Shown one piece after another: positions 55,582-63,267 of a stretch of 63,267 nt of DNA. The notes below the pieces were generated by a model. That model did no database searches and was not told where the DNA came from. It was given only the letters and a program-made list of their open reading frames with translations. The position numbers and the translations under genes are program-made. Location of the stretch: assembly GCA_036518615.1 (NCBI GenBank), contig DATDMU010000186.1, positions 1-63,267 of the forward strand. The letters run 5' to 3'. How positions within the stretch are numbered: position 1 is the first letter of the stretch; each line of letters starts with the position of its first letter. The DNA comes from Myxococcales bacterium (lineage in GTDB: Bacteria; Myxococcota; Myxococcia; Myxococcales; 40CM-4-68-19).

Positions 55582-58317
55582 ATGAAACCGGTCCCCTGTC
55601 CCCCGACGCCGGCTTCCTTTTCCGCGTGGCATGCGAGAGACGTCGCGGAAATCGCCGAGGAGCTCCGCACCGACCTCGACAGGGGCCTTTCCACGGAAGT
55701 GCTTCCGGCCGCCGCCACCGAGGCCGTTGCCACGATGAAACGGGGGCCGTGGCCCATCTTCGTCAATCAGATCAAAGGCGGCGTCATCCTCGTCCTGTTG
55801 GCCGCCACCGGCATCATGCTGGCGCTCGGCCATTACGGTGACGCGATCGCAATCGGCGCATCCGTCGTTTTCTCCGTCGTCTTCGGTTTTCTCACCGACT
55901 TCCGCGCCGAGCGCGCGCTGGAAGCCTTGCGCAACCTGACGGCGCCCAGCGCGCGCGTCGTGCGCGGCGGCCTGGAACGGGAGCTGCCCGTATCCGAGAT
56001 CCGCCGCGGCGACCTCCTCGTGCTCTCCGGAGGGCAGATCGTCGCCGCAGATGGCCGCATCGCAGCCGCGCGCGACCTGCAGGTCGACGAGTCCGCCCTC
56101 ACCGGCGAGAGCGCTCCCGTCACCAAGTCTGCCGACGCGGTCGTCGCCGATGCCGCGCTTCCCGACCGCTCGGACATGGCCTACGCAGGCACGACCGTCG
56201 TGAGCGGGTGGGGGCACGCAATCGTCACCGGGACGGCGGCCGAGACCGAGCTCGGGCGCATCGGCAAGCTCGTCGCCGATCAACGGCGTGAACAGACTCC
56301 CCTGGAGAAGCAGGCGGAGCAGCTCGGTCGCCGCCTTGCGCTCCTCGCCATCGTCCTCTCGGCGTTGGTGACCCTCCTCGGCCTTTTGCGTGACGTCCCC
56401 TTCTGGCTGATGCTGGAGACGGGAGTGCTCCTCGCGATCGCCGCGATCCCGGAAGGACTTCCTGCCGTCACGACGATCGCGCTCGCGGCGGGCGTCCGCC
56501 GGATGGCGAAGACAGGGAGCCTCGTCCGCCGCCTCGCCTCGGTCGAGACGCTCGGGTCGACGACGGTGATCTGCACGGACAAGACGGGGACGCTCACCGA
56601 GAACGTCATGCGCGTGACGCGCATCGTCCTTCCCGGAGCTGAGCTCGAGGTCACAGGCGCTGGTTACGAGCCCGAGGGCGCGTTCCTCCAGGGCGGGCAT
56701 CCCGTCGCCGCGACGGCGGTTCCCGGTCTCGTCAGGCTCCTCGAGATCGCTGCCGTCTGCAACGATGCGAAGCTCGAGTCGCACGGAGGCTGGCACGTCC
56801 ACGGCTCGTCGACCGAAGGAGCGCTCCTCGCGCTCGCCGGAAAGGGCGGCGTGGAAGCGCGGCTCTTCGAGCGGTTGCGCGCGATCGGGTTCTCGTCGAG
56901 TCGCAAGCGCATGTCCGTCGTCGCGCGCGGCCGCGACGGCGCGCTCCACTCGTTCGTGAAGGGCTCGCCGGAGGCGATCGCGAGTCTCGTCACCCGGGTT
57001 CTCGGGCGTTGCGGGGAGGAATCGATCGACGACGACGTCCGCGCGCGCCTGCGCAGCCGCGCCGCCGCGCTCGGTGAATCGGGCTATCGGGTGCTCGCCC
57101 TCGCGGAACGCAGTCTGGATGCGGGCGACGATCCCGACGCAGCCGAAAGAGACCTGGTCTGGGTCGGGATGGTCGGCCTCATCGATCCTCCTCGCGCCGA
57201 GGTGCGCGAGGCGATCGGCGCGTTGACCGGAGCCGGGATCCGGACGGTGATGGTCACGGGCGACCAGAAGGGAACCGCCATGGCCGTGGCACGACATCTC
57301 GGCATCGCCCAGGCCGGAGACCTCTGCATCGATTCGAAGGAGCTTGCGACCTACACGGCGGAGCACCGGTGGGAAGATCTCCGCCACACCGCGGTGTTTG
57401 CGCGGGTGACGCCCGAGGACAAGCTCTCCATCGTCCGCGCGCTTCGCGAGGCCGGTCAGATCGTCGCGATGACCGGAGACGGAATCAACGACGCGCCCGC
57501 GCTGCGTGCCGCCGACATCGGAATCGCCATTGGACGCGGCGCCGCGGACGTCGCGCGCGAGTCGTCGGACCTCGTGGTCACCACCGGGAACTATGCGACG
57601 CTGCCCGTCGCCGTGGCCGAAGGGCGCCGGATCTACGCGAACATCCGCCGCTCGGTGCACTTCCTCCTGCTCTGTACCCTCTCCACCATCGGCGTGATGC
57701 TGGTGGCCGTCGTCACCAACCTGCCCTTGCCGATGAGCCCGCTCCAGCTCCTCTGGTTGAATCTCGTCGTCCACATCTTTCCGGCAATGGGCCTCGTCCT
57801 CAGCCCCGGAGAGCCCGGCGTGATGCGCCGCCCGCCACGCAACCCGACGGAGCCAATCCTGACCTGGCGGGCACTTGGCGGCATCGCCCTGCGCAGTGCG
57901 TTGGTGTCCGGGGTGGTCCTGTGGAGCTACGCAGCCCGGTCCGGTGGTGACGCGGGACCGGCTGCGCAGACGCTGGTGATGTCGACGCTCGCTCTCGCGC
58001 TCCTCGTGCAGACCCTCCCCATGCTCTCGGAGACCGCGCCTTTCTGGAGAGCAGGCCGGAGCATCACCGCGAGCTTCGCATTGTCGCTCGCGGGAGGCCT
58101 CGCGCTCCAGGCGCTCGCGCTCTACTGGCCCTTTCTCGCCTCCATTCTCGTCACCGCGGCGCTCCCTGCAGCGACCCTGGCGCAGATCGCGGGAATCTCC
58201 GTTCTCGCGCTCGCCCTCGTGGAAGCAGGCAAGTGGCTTCTATCGCGGAATCGTGATTCTCATATGCCGCCCGCGAACGAGGAGATCAGACAGCTCGTCC
58301 GGGAACATCAGGGCTGA
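55582..58317 (+). CDS. Cation-transporting P-type ATPase (P2-like, Ca/Mg-type architecture)
   Basis: ATG 55582. TGES, PEGLP, ICTDKTGTLT, MTGDGINDAPAL, 10-TM layout. Ion specificity cannot be deduced. Confidence 0.9.
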   Translation: MKPVPCPPTPASFSAWHARDVAEIAEELRTDLDRGLSTEVLPAAATEAVATMKRGPWPIFVNQIKGGVILVLLAATGIMLALGHYGDAIAIGASVVFSVVFGFLTDFRAERALEALRNLTAPSARVVRGGLERELPVSEIRRGDLLVLSGGQIVAADGRIAAARDLQVDESALTGESAPVTKSADAVVADAALPDRSDMAYAGTTVVSGWGHAIVTGTAAETELGRIGKLVADQRREQTPLEKQAEQLGRRLALLAIVLSALVTLLGLLRDVPFWLMLETGVLLAIAAIPEGLPAVTTIALAAGVRRMAKTGSLVRRLASVETLGSTTVICTDKTGTLTENVMRVTRIVLPGAELEVTGAGYEPEGAFLQGGHPVAATAVPGLVRLLEIAAVCNDAKLESHGGWHVHGSSTEGALLALAGKGGVEARLFERLRAIGFSSSRKRMSVVARGRDGALHSFVKGSPEAIASLVTRVLGRCGEESIDDDVRARLRSRAAALGESGYRVLALAERSLDAGDDPDAAERDLVWVGMVGLIDPPRAEVREAIGALTGAGIRTVMVTGDQKGTAMAVARHLGIAQAGDLCIDSKELATYTAEHRWEDLRHTAVFARVTPEDKLSIVRALREAGQIVAMTGDGINDAPALRAADIGIAIGRGAADVARESSDLVVTTGNYATLPVAVAEGRRIYANIRRSVHFLLLCTLSTIGVMLVAVVTNLPLPMSPLQLLWLNLVVHIFPAMGLVLSPGEPGVMRRPPRNPTEPILTWRALGGIALRSALVSGVVLWSYAARSGGDAGPAAQTLVMSTLALALLVQTLPMLSETAPFWRAGRSITASFALSLAGGLALQALALYWPFLASILVTAALPAATLAQIAGISVLALALVEAGKWLLSRNRDSHMPPANEEIRQLVREHQG

Positions 58318-58540
58318 AATGCTGTCGTTCTTCGACGGGCGGCGAAACGACGACGACCGGGCAGGGGCACTGAACCGCCACCTTCGCCGCAACCGAGCCG
58401 AGCGCGAACGAGAGCCGGTTTCGGGCGCGGGAACCCATCACCAGAAAATCGCACCCCTTTTGCTTCGCATGCAACAGACGACGGATTTGCGTGATGCCAT
58501 GGCCGACTCCGTGGTTTTCGCCACGGGGGCTTGCATCCAT
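58286..58540 (-). pseudogene. Universal stress protein (UspA-family) C-terminal half only; probable truncated remnant
   Basis: The 84-aa ORF has CDFLVMGSRARNRLSFALGSVAAKVAVQCPCPVVVV, the C-terminal USP motif. The frame closes at a TAA ~75 nt upstream with no room for the N-terminal half. Its 3' end overlaps the ATPase 3' end by 32 nt. Confidence 0.45.
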
Positions 58541-58676
58541 CGTGCCTGCGCACTCCCGAGAGCCCTGCTGGCTGCGCGGAGCGACAGGACGTGAAATAGA
58601 CCCATCGGCCCGACGTTACTGCGCTGTCTTTCAGGCAATGCAGCAGGCGCCGCATCGACCAGAGGATGCTTGCCTC

Positions 58677-60749
58677 ATGTCCGAACATGTGACCAGACGC
58701 GATTTCTTGCGCGCTGCGGCGGCGATGGGTGCGACGTTCGCCTGGGGCAAAGCCTTCGCCGCGCCGTCGCGCAGACGATGGCTCGAGCGCCGCGACCTGT
58801 TCGCGGAAGGCGTTGCTTCCGGCGATCCGGCGCCGGACAGCATCCTTCTCTGGACGCGCGTGTCGGGCGCGGGACCAGCGACGGAGGTCCCCCTCACCGT
58901 CGAGGTGGCCGAGGACCCGGAGTTCACCCGCGTGATCGCCACGGCGCGGACCCGCGCGCTGGCCGCCGCCGATCACACCTGCCGCGTGCTCGTGGGCGGG
59001 CTGCGCCCGGCGCGAACGTACTGGTACCGGTTCGCCGATCGGCACGGCAACGGGAGTCGCGTCGGACGCACGCGCACGGCTCCTTCCGCCGACGACCCGC
59101 GGCCGGTGCAGTTCGCGTTCGTGAGCTGTCAGAACGTCTGCGAGGGCGCGCAGAACGCGTACCGGCGCATGGCGTACGAAGACGAGCGCGCGAAGCCGGA
59201 GGATCAGCTCTGGTTCGTGCTGCACCTCGGCGACTTCGTCTACGAGGTCGTCGACTACCCCGAGGACTTCAAGGACGGGCATCGCTACGACCGCCGCATC
59301 CGGCCGGCGGTCCGCTACCCGCAGGGCGAGAAGCTCAAGGTGGGCTTCCACATCCCCGTCACGCTCGAGGACTACCGGACGCTCTACCGATCCTATCTCC
59401 ACGACCCGGACATCCAGGACGCGCGGGCGCGCTGGCCGTTCGTCTCGATGTGGGACAATCACGAGTTCTCCTGGCTCGGCTGGCAGTCGTTCCAGCAGTT
59501 CGACGGGATCGATCGCCCTGCGCAGACGCGCAAGGTGATGGCGAACCAGGCCTGGTTCGAGTACCTGCCGGCGCGCCTCGACAAGCCGGCCCGCGGATGG
59601 CCGGAGCGCTTCGAGGCGCCTTCGGTGAAGGACGCGCCGATCGAACGGTTCGACGAGAACGGCCTGGGGCAGGAGCCGAACAACCTGGCCGCCATTCGCA
59701 GCCTGACCGGGTATCGGGCGTTGCGATTCGGGCGCCACGTGGATCTGCTGATCACCGATCAGCACTCGTATCGCTCGGCGGACCCCGGCGGCCGGAAGGA
59801 AGGAGCGGAGCTGGGGTCCAGGGACTTCCCGCAGACGGCCCCCGAAGAGTTGATGCAGGCGCTCGATGCCGGGCGGGAGCTCGCGGGCGGTCCGCCGGAC
59901 AAGCTCTCGTTTGGGGTCGAGATACCCAATTACCGCAAGAATGAGCGGGCGCAGACGATTCTCGGCGCCGAGCAGAAAGCCTGGTTCCTGAAGCGGCTCG
60001 CGGCATCGCACGCGACGTGGAAGGTGTGGGGCAACTCGGAGGGAACGCTGGACTCGCGGGCGGATCCGCAGAACCTGCCTGCCGGCACCGGCGCGCGCTG
60101 GCCCGGCAAGGGCTACGCCTCGCTCGGCGGCGGCGATTACGGAACGGCGTACATCGAACGGGCCGAGATCTACGACAAGGTGCGCGACAGCGGGATCACG
60201 GGCTTCGTCACGCTCTCCGGCGACCGGCACAGCTTCTGGGCGGGCCTCGCCGCGAAGGCCCTGCCGCCGGCTCCATTCGAGCCCGTCGGCGTGGCGTTCG
60301 TCGGCGCGTCGATCTCTTCGCCAGGCATGGTCGAGGCGCTCGAGCATCGTTTCCCGAAGGACCACCCGCTGCGGCCGCTCTACATTGCGGACGTCGCCGG
60401 GAAGATGAAGCCGGCCGTGAATCTCCTGATGCATCACGGCGTCCGCGCGTGCCTCGAGTACCAGCGCACCGGAGACGCCGCCGCGGCGCGGCGCGCGTCC
60501 AACCCCGACCTGGCGCCTCACCTCTCCTTCCTCGACATGGGCGGCCACGGCTACGCCATCGCCCGGTTCGACGCGAACGCGATGACCTGCGAGTTCGTCT
60601 GCATCCCGAGACCGCTCGAGCGCAGCGAAGGCGCAGACGGCGGACCGGTCCGCTATCGCGTCAGGCACCGGGCGGCGCTCTGGAGCGCGGGAGGCCGACC
60701 GCAGCTCGAGCAGCGTGTCATCGAGGGCGACCCCGACCTCGCGCTTTGA
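58677..60749 (+). CDS. phoD: PhoD-family alkaline phosphatase / phosphodiesterase, Tat-exported
   Basis: ATG 58677 gives Tat signal MSEHVTRRDFLRAAAAMGATFAWGKAFA. GVASGDPAPDSILLWTR, YWYRF, FVSCQN, HLGDFVYE, MWDNHEF, SGDRHSFWAG. Confidence 0.88.
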   Translation: MSEHVTRRDFLRAAAAMGATFAWGKAFAAPSRRRWLERRDLFAEGVASGDPAPDSILLWTRVSGAGPATEVPLTVEVAEDPEFTRVIATARTRALAAADHTCRVLVGGLRPARTYWYRFADRHGNGSRVGRTRTAPSADDPRPVQFAFVSCQNVCEGAQNAYRRMAYEDERAKPEDQLWFVLHLGDFVYEVVDYPEDFKDGHRYDRRIRPAVRYPQGEKLKVGFHIPVTLEDYRTLYRSYLHDPDIQDARARWPFVSMWDNHEFSWLGWQSFQQFDGIDRPAQTRKVMANQAWFEYLPARLDKPARGWPERFEAPSVKDAPIERFDENGLGQEPNNLAAIRSLTGYRALRFGRHVDLLITDQHSYRSADPGGRKEGAELGSRDFPQTAPEELMQALDAGRELAGGPPDKLSFGVEIPNYRKNERAQTILGAEQKAWFLKRLAASHATWKVWGNSEGTLDSRADPQNLPAGTGARWPGKGYASLGGGDYGTAYIERAEIYDKVRDSGITGFVTLSGDRHSFWAGLAAKALPPAPFEPVGVAFVGASISSPGMVEALEHRFPKDHPLRPLYIADVAGKMKPAVNLLMHHGVRACLEYQRTGDAAAARRASNPDLAPHLSFLDMGGHGYAIARFDANAMTCEFVCIPRPLERSEGADGGPVRYRVRHRAALWSAGGRPQLEQRVIEGDPDLAL

Positions 60750-61026
60750 AGGGGAAAACAAGAAGCGCGCCTCAATCGAGCCGGGCTGTACCTGGAGCGG
60801 AACACCGCGTCAGGCGCCGCGCGACTACCGCCGCGCACGGTTCGTCGAGGACCCGATGAAGGTCCGGAGCATGCGCGCGTGCCCTGCCCGTGTAGCGCGC
60901 CATCGTACCGGAAGTCCCGCCGCATCATCGACGTGGAAGGTCCACTCGATGGTGCAACCCGCGGATATCGTCCCACGCTACGACGCTATCTGTTAGACCG
61001 ATGGCGCACTCAAGCCGGAGGCAGGG

Positions 61027-62208
61027 ATGGCACGCCGCCGAGGCATCCGACTCCGCCGCGCCAGCGCGGCATACCTGATCCGGAACACCGACGAGACGGC
61101 CGAGCTGGACATCGCCCGCGCGGAAGGAAGCCTGCTCTTCGACAGGAGGGGCAAGCGGTACATCGATTTCGCGGCCGGGTGGTCCGGGGGTCAGCTCGGC
61201 TGGGGCCGCGAAGAGCTGCGCAAGGCCGTCCGCTCCTTCGACGGACCCGACGGCGTCAACCCGTCCTGGAGATACGCGCGCTGGGACGAGCTGGCGGCGG
61301 AGCTCGCGGCGATCGCGCCCGGTCGCCTCCGGAAGTGCTATCGCGCCACCGGCGGAACGGAGGCGGTGGAGATCGCGCTGCAGATCGCCATGGCTTGCAC
61401 GGGCCGGCGCGGGTTTGTCGCGATCGAAGGCAGCTACCACGGCAACTCCATCGCCGCCGTCAGCGTGGCTGAGGGCGGAGCCCTTCCCCGCTGCCGGCAC
61501 TTGAAGCCGCCCCTGGACGAAGCTGCCCTCGACCGCCTGGACAGGTTGCTGCGCGACCGCCGGACGGCCGCGTTCATCTTCGAGCCGGTGATCTGCAACC
61601 TCGGGGTGCTCGTCCCCGACGACGCCTTCATGCGCGGGGTGGCGCGGACATGCCACAAGCACGGAACGCTGCTCATCGCCGACGAGGTGGCCTGCGGATT
61701 CGGCCGCACGGGCCGGCTCTTCGCCTGCGAGCATTTCGACCTCGAGCCCGACCTCCTCTGCATGGCGAAAGGAATCACCGGCGGACACGCGGCGCTGGGC
61801 GCGACCATGGCCACGCCAAAGGTCGCCTCCGCCGCAGGCGACGAGGTGAGCTTCTACTCGACCTTCGGCTGGCACCCGCTCAGCGTCGAGGTGGCGCTGG
61901 CGAACATCCGCCAGATGCGGCGGAAGGCTCGCGCCATCTTCGCGAACGTGGAGGCGCGCAGCCGCGACTTCGCTCTGCGCCTGGCGCAGATCGCTTTTCC
62001 GTCGCCGCCTCGGACCCGCATCCTGGGGCTCGCCGTCGGGCTCGAGTTCGAGGACGAGGACTACGTGAGAGAGTTCCGGGAACGATGCCGCAGCGAAGGG
62101 CTGATCATCAACGCGACCGAAGCGGTGGTCACGCTCTTTCCCGCGCTGGACATCGACGAGCGCACCACGCGCGCCGGGCTCGACATCCTCGAGCGCTGCG
62201 CGACCTGA
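61027..62208 (+). CDS. Class III (omega-type) PLP-dependent aminotransferase
   Basis: GGTEAVEIALQIA, IADEVACGFGRTGRLFA, and CMAKGITGG carrying the PLP lysine. Confidence 0.85.
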   Translation: MARRRGIRLRRASAAYLIRNTDETAELDIARAEGSLLFDRRGKRYIDFAAGWSGGQLGWGREELRKAVRSFDGPDGVNPSWRYARWDELAAELAAIAPGRLRKCYRATGGTEAVEIALQIAMACTGRRGFVAIEGSYHGNSIAAVSVAEGGALPRCRHLKPPLDEAALDRLDRLLRDRRTAAFIFEPVICNLGVLVPDDAFMRGVARTCHKHGTLLIADEVACGFGRTGRLFACEHFDLEPDLLCMAKGITGGHAALGATMATPKVASAAGDEVSFYSTFGWHPLSVEVALANIRQMRRKARAIFANVEARSRDFALRLAQIAFPSPPRTRILGLAVGLEFEDEDYVREFRERCRSEGLIINATEAVVTLFPALDIDERTTRAGLDILERCAT

Positions 62209-62217
62209 CCACAGGGA

Positions 62218-62322
62218 GTGCAGCGAATCGTACTCGCCGACGAGCATGCGCGCGTCCGGGCGGGGGTTCGCCTGCTGCTCGAGGCCCTCCACGAATCATC
62301 ACGGCGCTGCGATTTCCTTTGA
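62218..62322 (+). pseudogene. Remnant of a response-regulator receiver domain (first ~25 residues only)
   Basis: Manual translation (V)QRIVLADEHARVRAGVRLLLEAL matches the beta1-alpha1 start of NarL/FixJ-type receivers. The frame stops after 34 codons and no continuation was found in other frames. Confidence 0.4.
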
Positions 62323-62479
62323 GTCTTCAGAAAGCACCGCTGAGGGCGCGGCGGCGGCGCGCACCCTTTCGGAGATCGACCTGAGCTGCCCAGCCGGCAG
62401 CGCGGCGGCAGCCCCGAAGGGCAGATCGGTCACGCGGATTGCACCGTCGCTACAGCAGGACCGCTCGCGCGGCATGTAA

Positions 62480-62677
62480 CGAAAATGTCGCGCGAAGGTC
62501 AGGGGGCCATGGCTCCTCGACGACGGGACAGCGGCAACTGAATACGGCGTGGTTGGAATTCCGCATTCCGTCCTCATCGATGCGCACGCGCGCGTCGTCC
62601 GGGTCTTCACTGGCGAGATCACGCGCGAAGTCGTGAGAAGCGCGGTCCGGAAGCTCGACACGGCGCCGCGCTGCTAG
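62480..62677 (+). pseudogene. Remnant of a TlpA/ResA-like thioredoxin-fold protein (C-terminal ~50 residues only)
   Basis: Manual translation ..TEYGVVGIPHSVLIDAHARVVRVFTGEITREVVRSAVRKL-stop matches the YGV.G.P..FLID..G.I C-terminal pattern. The frame opens right after a TAA (62477-62479), has no start codon, and no CxxC region lies upstream. Confidence 0.45.
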
Positions 62678-62683
62678 AGGACA

Positions 62684-63267
62684 ATGATGTCGACCAGCTC
62701 GCGGACTACCCCGGCCGGGGGAGTTGCTCGGGCTCATGGCGCGCGCGCCCGCCGCGGACTGATCCCCAACATGTACGGAGCCATGGCCAATGCCTCCGAA
62801 GCGCTCGACACGTACCTGTACGGGTACGAGCGCTTCCGGAAGGAGTCGGGGTTCACTCCGGCCGAGCAGGAGATCGTCTTCCTGACGATCAGCTACGAGA
62901 ACGGATGCGAGTACTGCATGGCCGCGCACAGCACGATCGCCGACACGAGGTCGGGCGTCCCCCGCGCAGCGACCGACGCAATCCGCGCGGGGGCGCGGAT
63001 CGATGACCCGCGGCTCCGGGCGCTGAGCGAGTTCACCCGGGCAATGCTCAGGAAGCGAGGTCGTCCTGACCAGGAAGACGTCGACTCCTTCCTGGATGCT
63101 GGATTCAGCGAGAAGCAGATCCTCGACATCTTGCTCGCGATTGCCGTGAAGACGATCAGTAACTATACGAATCACATCTTCGACACGCCCCTCGACGCGC
63201 CGTTCAAGAGCCGGGAGTGGAAGCCGGCCGATTCCACGCCGCGCCCGCAACCGGCGGACGCGAAGGT
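62684..63267 (+). CDS. Carboxymuconolactone decarboxylase / AhpD-like family protein; 3' end beyond the window
   Basis: Manual translation from ATG 62684/62687 (GAGGA upstream): ..GLIPNMYGAMANASEALDTYLYGYERFRKESGFTPAEQEIVFLTISYENGCEYCMAAHSTIA..FSEKQILDILLAIAVKTISNY. Has the CxxC motif and typical family pattern. Absent from the track because no stop lies inside the window. Confidence 0.75.
   Translation, partial: MMSTSSRTTPAGGVARAHGARARRGLIPNMYGAMANASEALDTYLYGYERFRKESGFTPAEQEIVFLTISYENGCEYCMAAHSTIADTRSGVPRAATDAIRAGARIDDPRLRALSEFTRAMLRKRGRPDQEDVDSFLDAGFSEKQILDILLAIAVKTISNYTNHIFDTPLDAPFKSREWKPADSTPRPQPADAK

Noticed and set aside
60750-61026. 277-bp gap between phoD and the aminotransferase examined for a small gene or RNA
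   Set aside because: All frames give short, low-complexity or SD-less ORFs. No tRNA-like or riboswitch-like structure was recognised.
55300-62292. Long minus-strand ORFs 55300..57774, 58308..60761 and 60925..62292, plus 62450..63250
   Set aside because: They are antisense to the P-type ATPase, PhoD, aminotransferase and CMD-family frames, all of which have diagnostic motifs. They have shadow-ORF composition.

Overview
This is a very GC-rich, gene-dense chromosomal segment (GC judged by eye, not computed). I found no rRNA, tRNA, CRISPR array, transposase or integrase. About 50 protein genes can be supported.

The six-frame track is dominated by long Arg/Ala/Gly/Pro-rich shadow ORFs, as expected for high-GC DNA. 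I accepted a frame only when its translation gave a recognisable protein or clean signal-peptide and codon features. The track prints M for GTG/TTG starts, so several starts were re-derived by hand.

Content in window order:
- OprB-type porin fragment and DAHP synthase.
- A TetR regulator with a perfect palindromic operator next to a secreted tandem SnoaL-like protein.
- A secreted HYR/PxKF-type protein.
- An NHL-propeller / ChaN / TPR operon divergent from a triheme cytochrome c.
- An RND pump plus adaptor.
- LolA-like, YceI-like, DUF155, bactofilin, a TonB-dependent receptor and a pentapeptide-repeat protein.
- A lanthanide-type XoxF methanol dehydrogenase, followed by a XoxJ-like binding protein fused to a monoheme cytochrome c.
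- A convergent three-gene NAD-type formate dehydrogenase operon.
- A MacB-like ABC ATPase, double-FtsX permease and HlyD adaptor.
- A lower-GC orphan gene encoding a four-repeat protein.
- A periplasmic IorAB-type molybdenum hydroxylase with a diheme lipoprotein.
- A TPR membrane protein, an NMT1-like protein and a VOC/PhnB-like protein.
- A multicopper oxidase, a 31-heme cytochrome c and an NHL propeller.
- A Liv-type ABC transporter and two divergent YVTN/YncE-like propellers.
- A P-type ATPase, a PhoD phosphatase, a class III aminotransferase and an AhpD/CMD-like protein that runs off the window end.

Most interesting observations:
1. The formate dehydrogenase catalytic gene contains an in-frame TGA at the canonical selenocysteine position, followed by a SECIS-like hairpin.
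2. The alpha subunit of that enzyme appears cut exactly after its FS0 [4Fe-4S] domain. The two halves are encoded in swapped order around a NuoE-NuoF fusion.
3. The XoxJ-cytochrome fusion has no canonical start codon for its signal peptide. ATT or CTG initiation is implied.
4. A tightly coupled multicopper oxidase / 31-heme cytochrome / NHL propeller module.
5. A lower-GC orphan gene encoding a 4x ~50-aa repeat protein of unknown family.

The mix of bactofilin, NHL propellers, multiheme cytochromes and pentapeptide/HYR proteins resembles Myxococcota-like or similar soil lineages. That is inference only.
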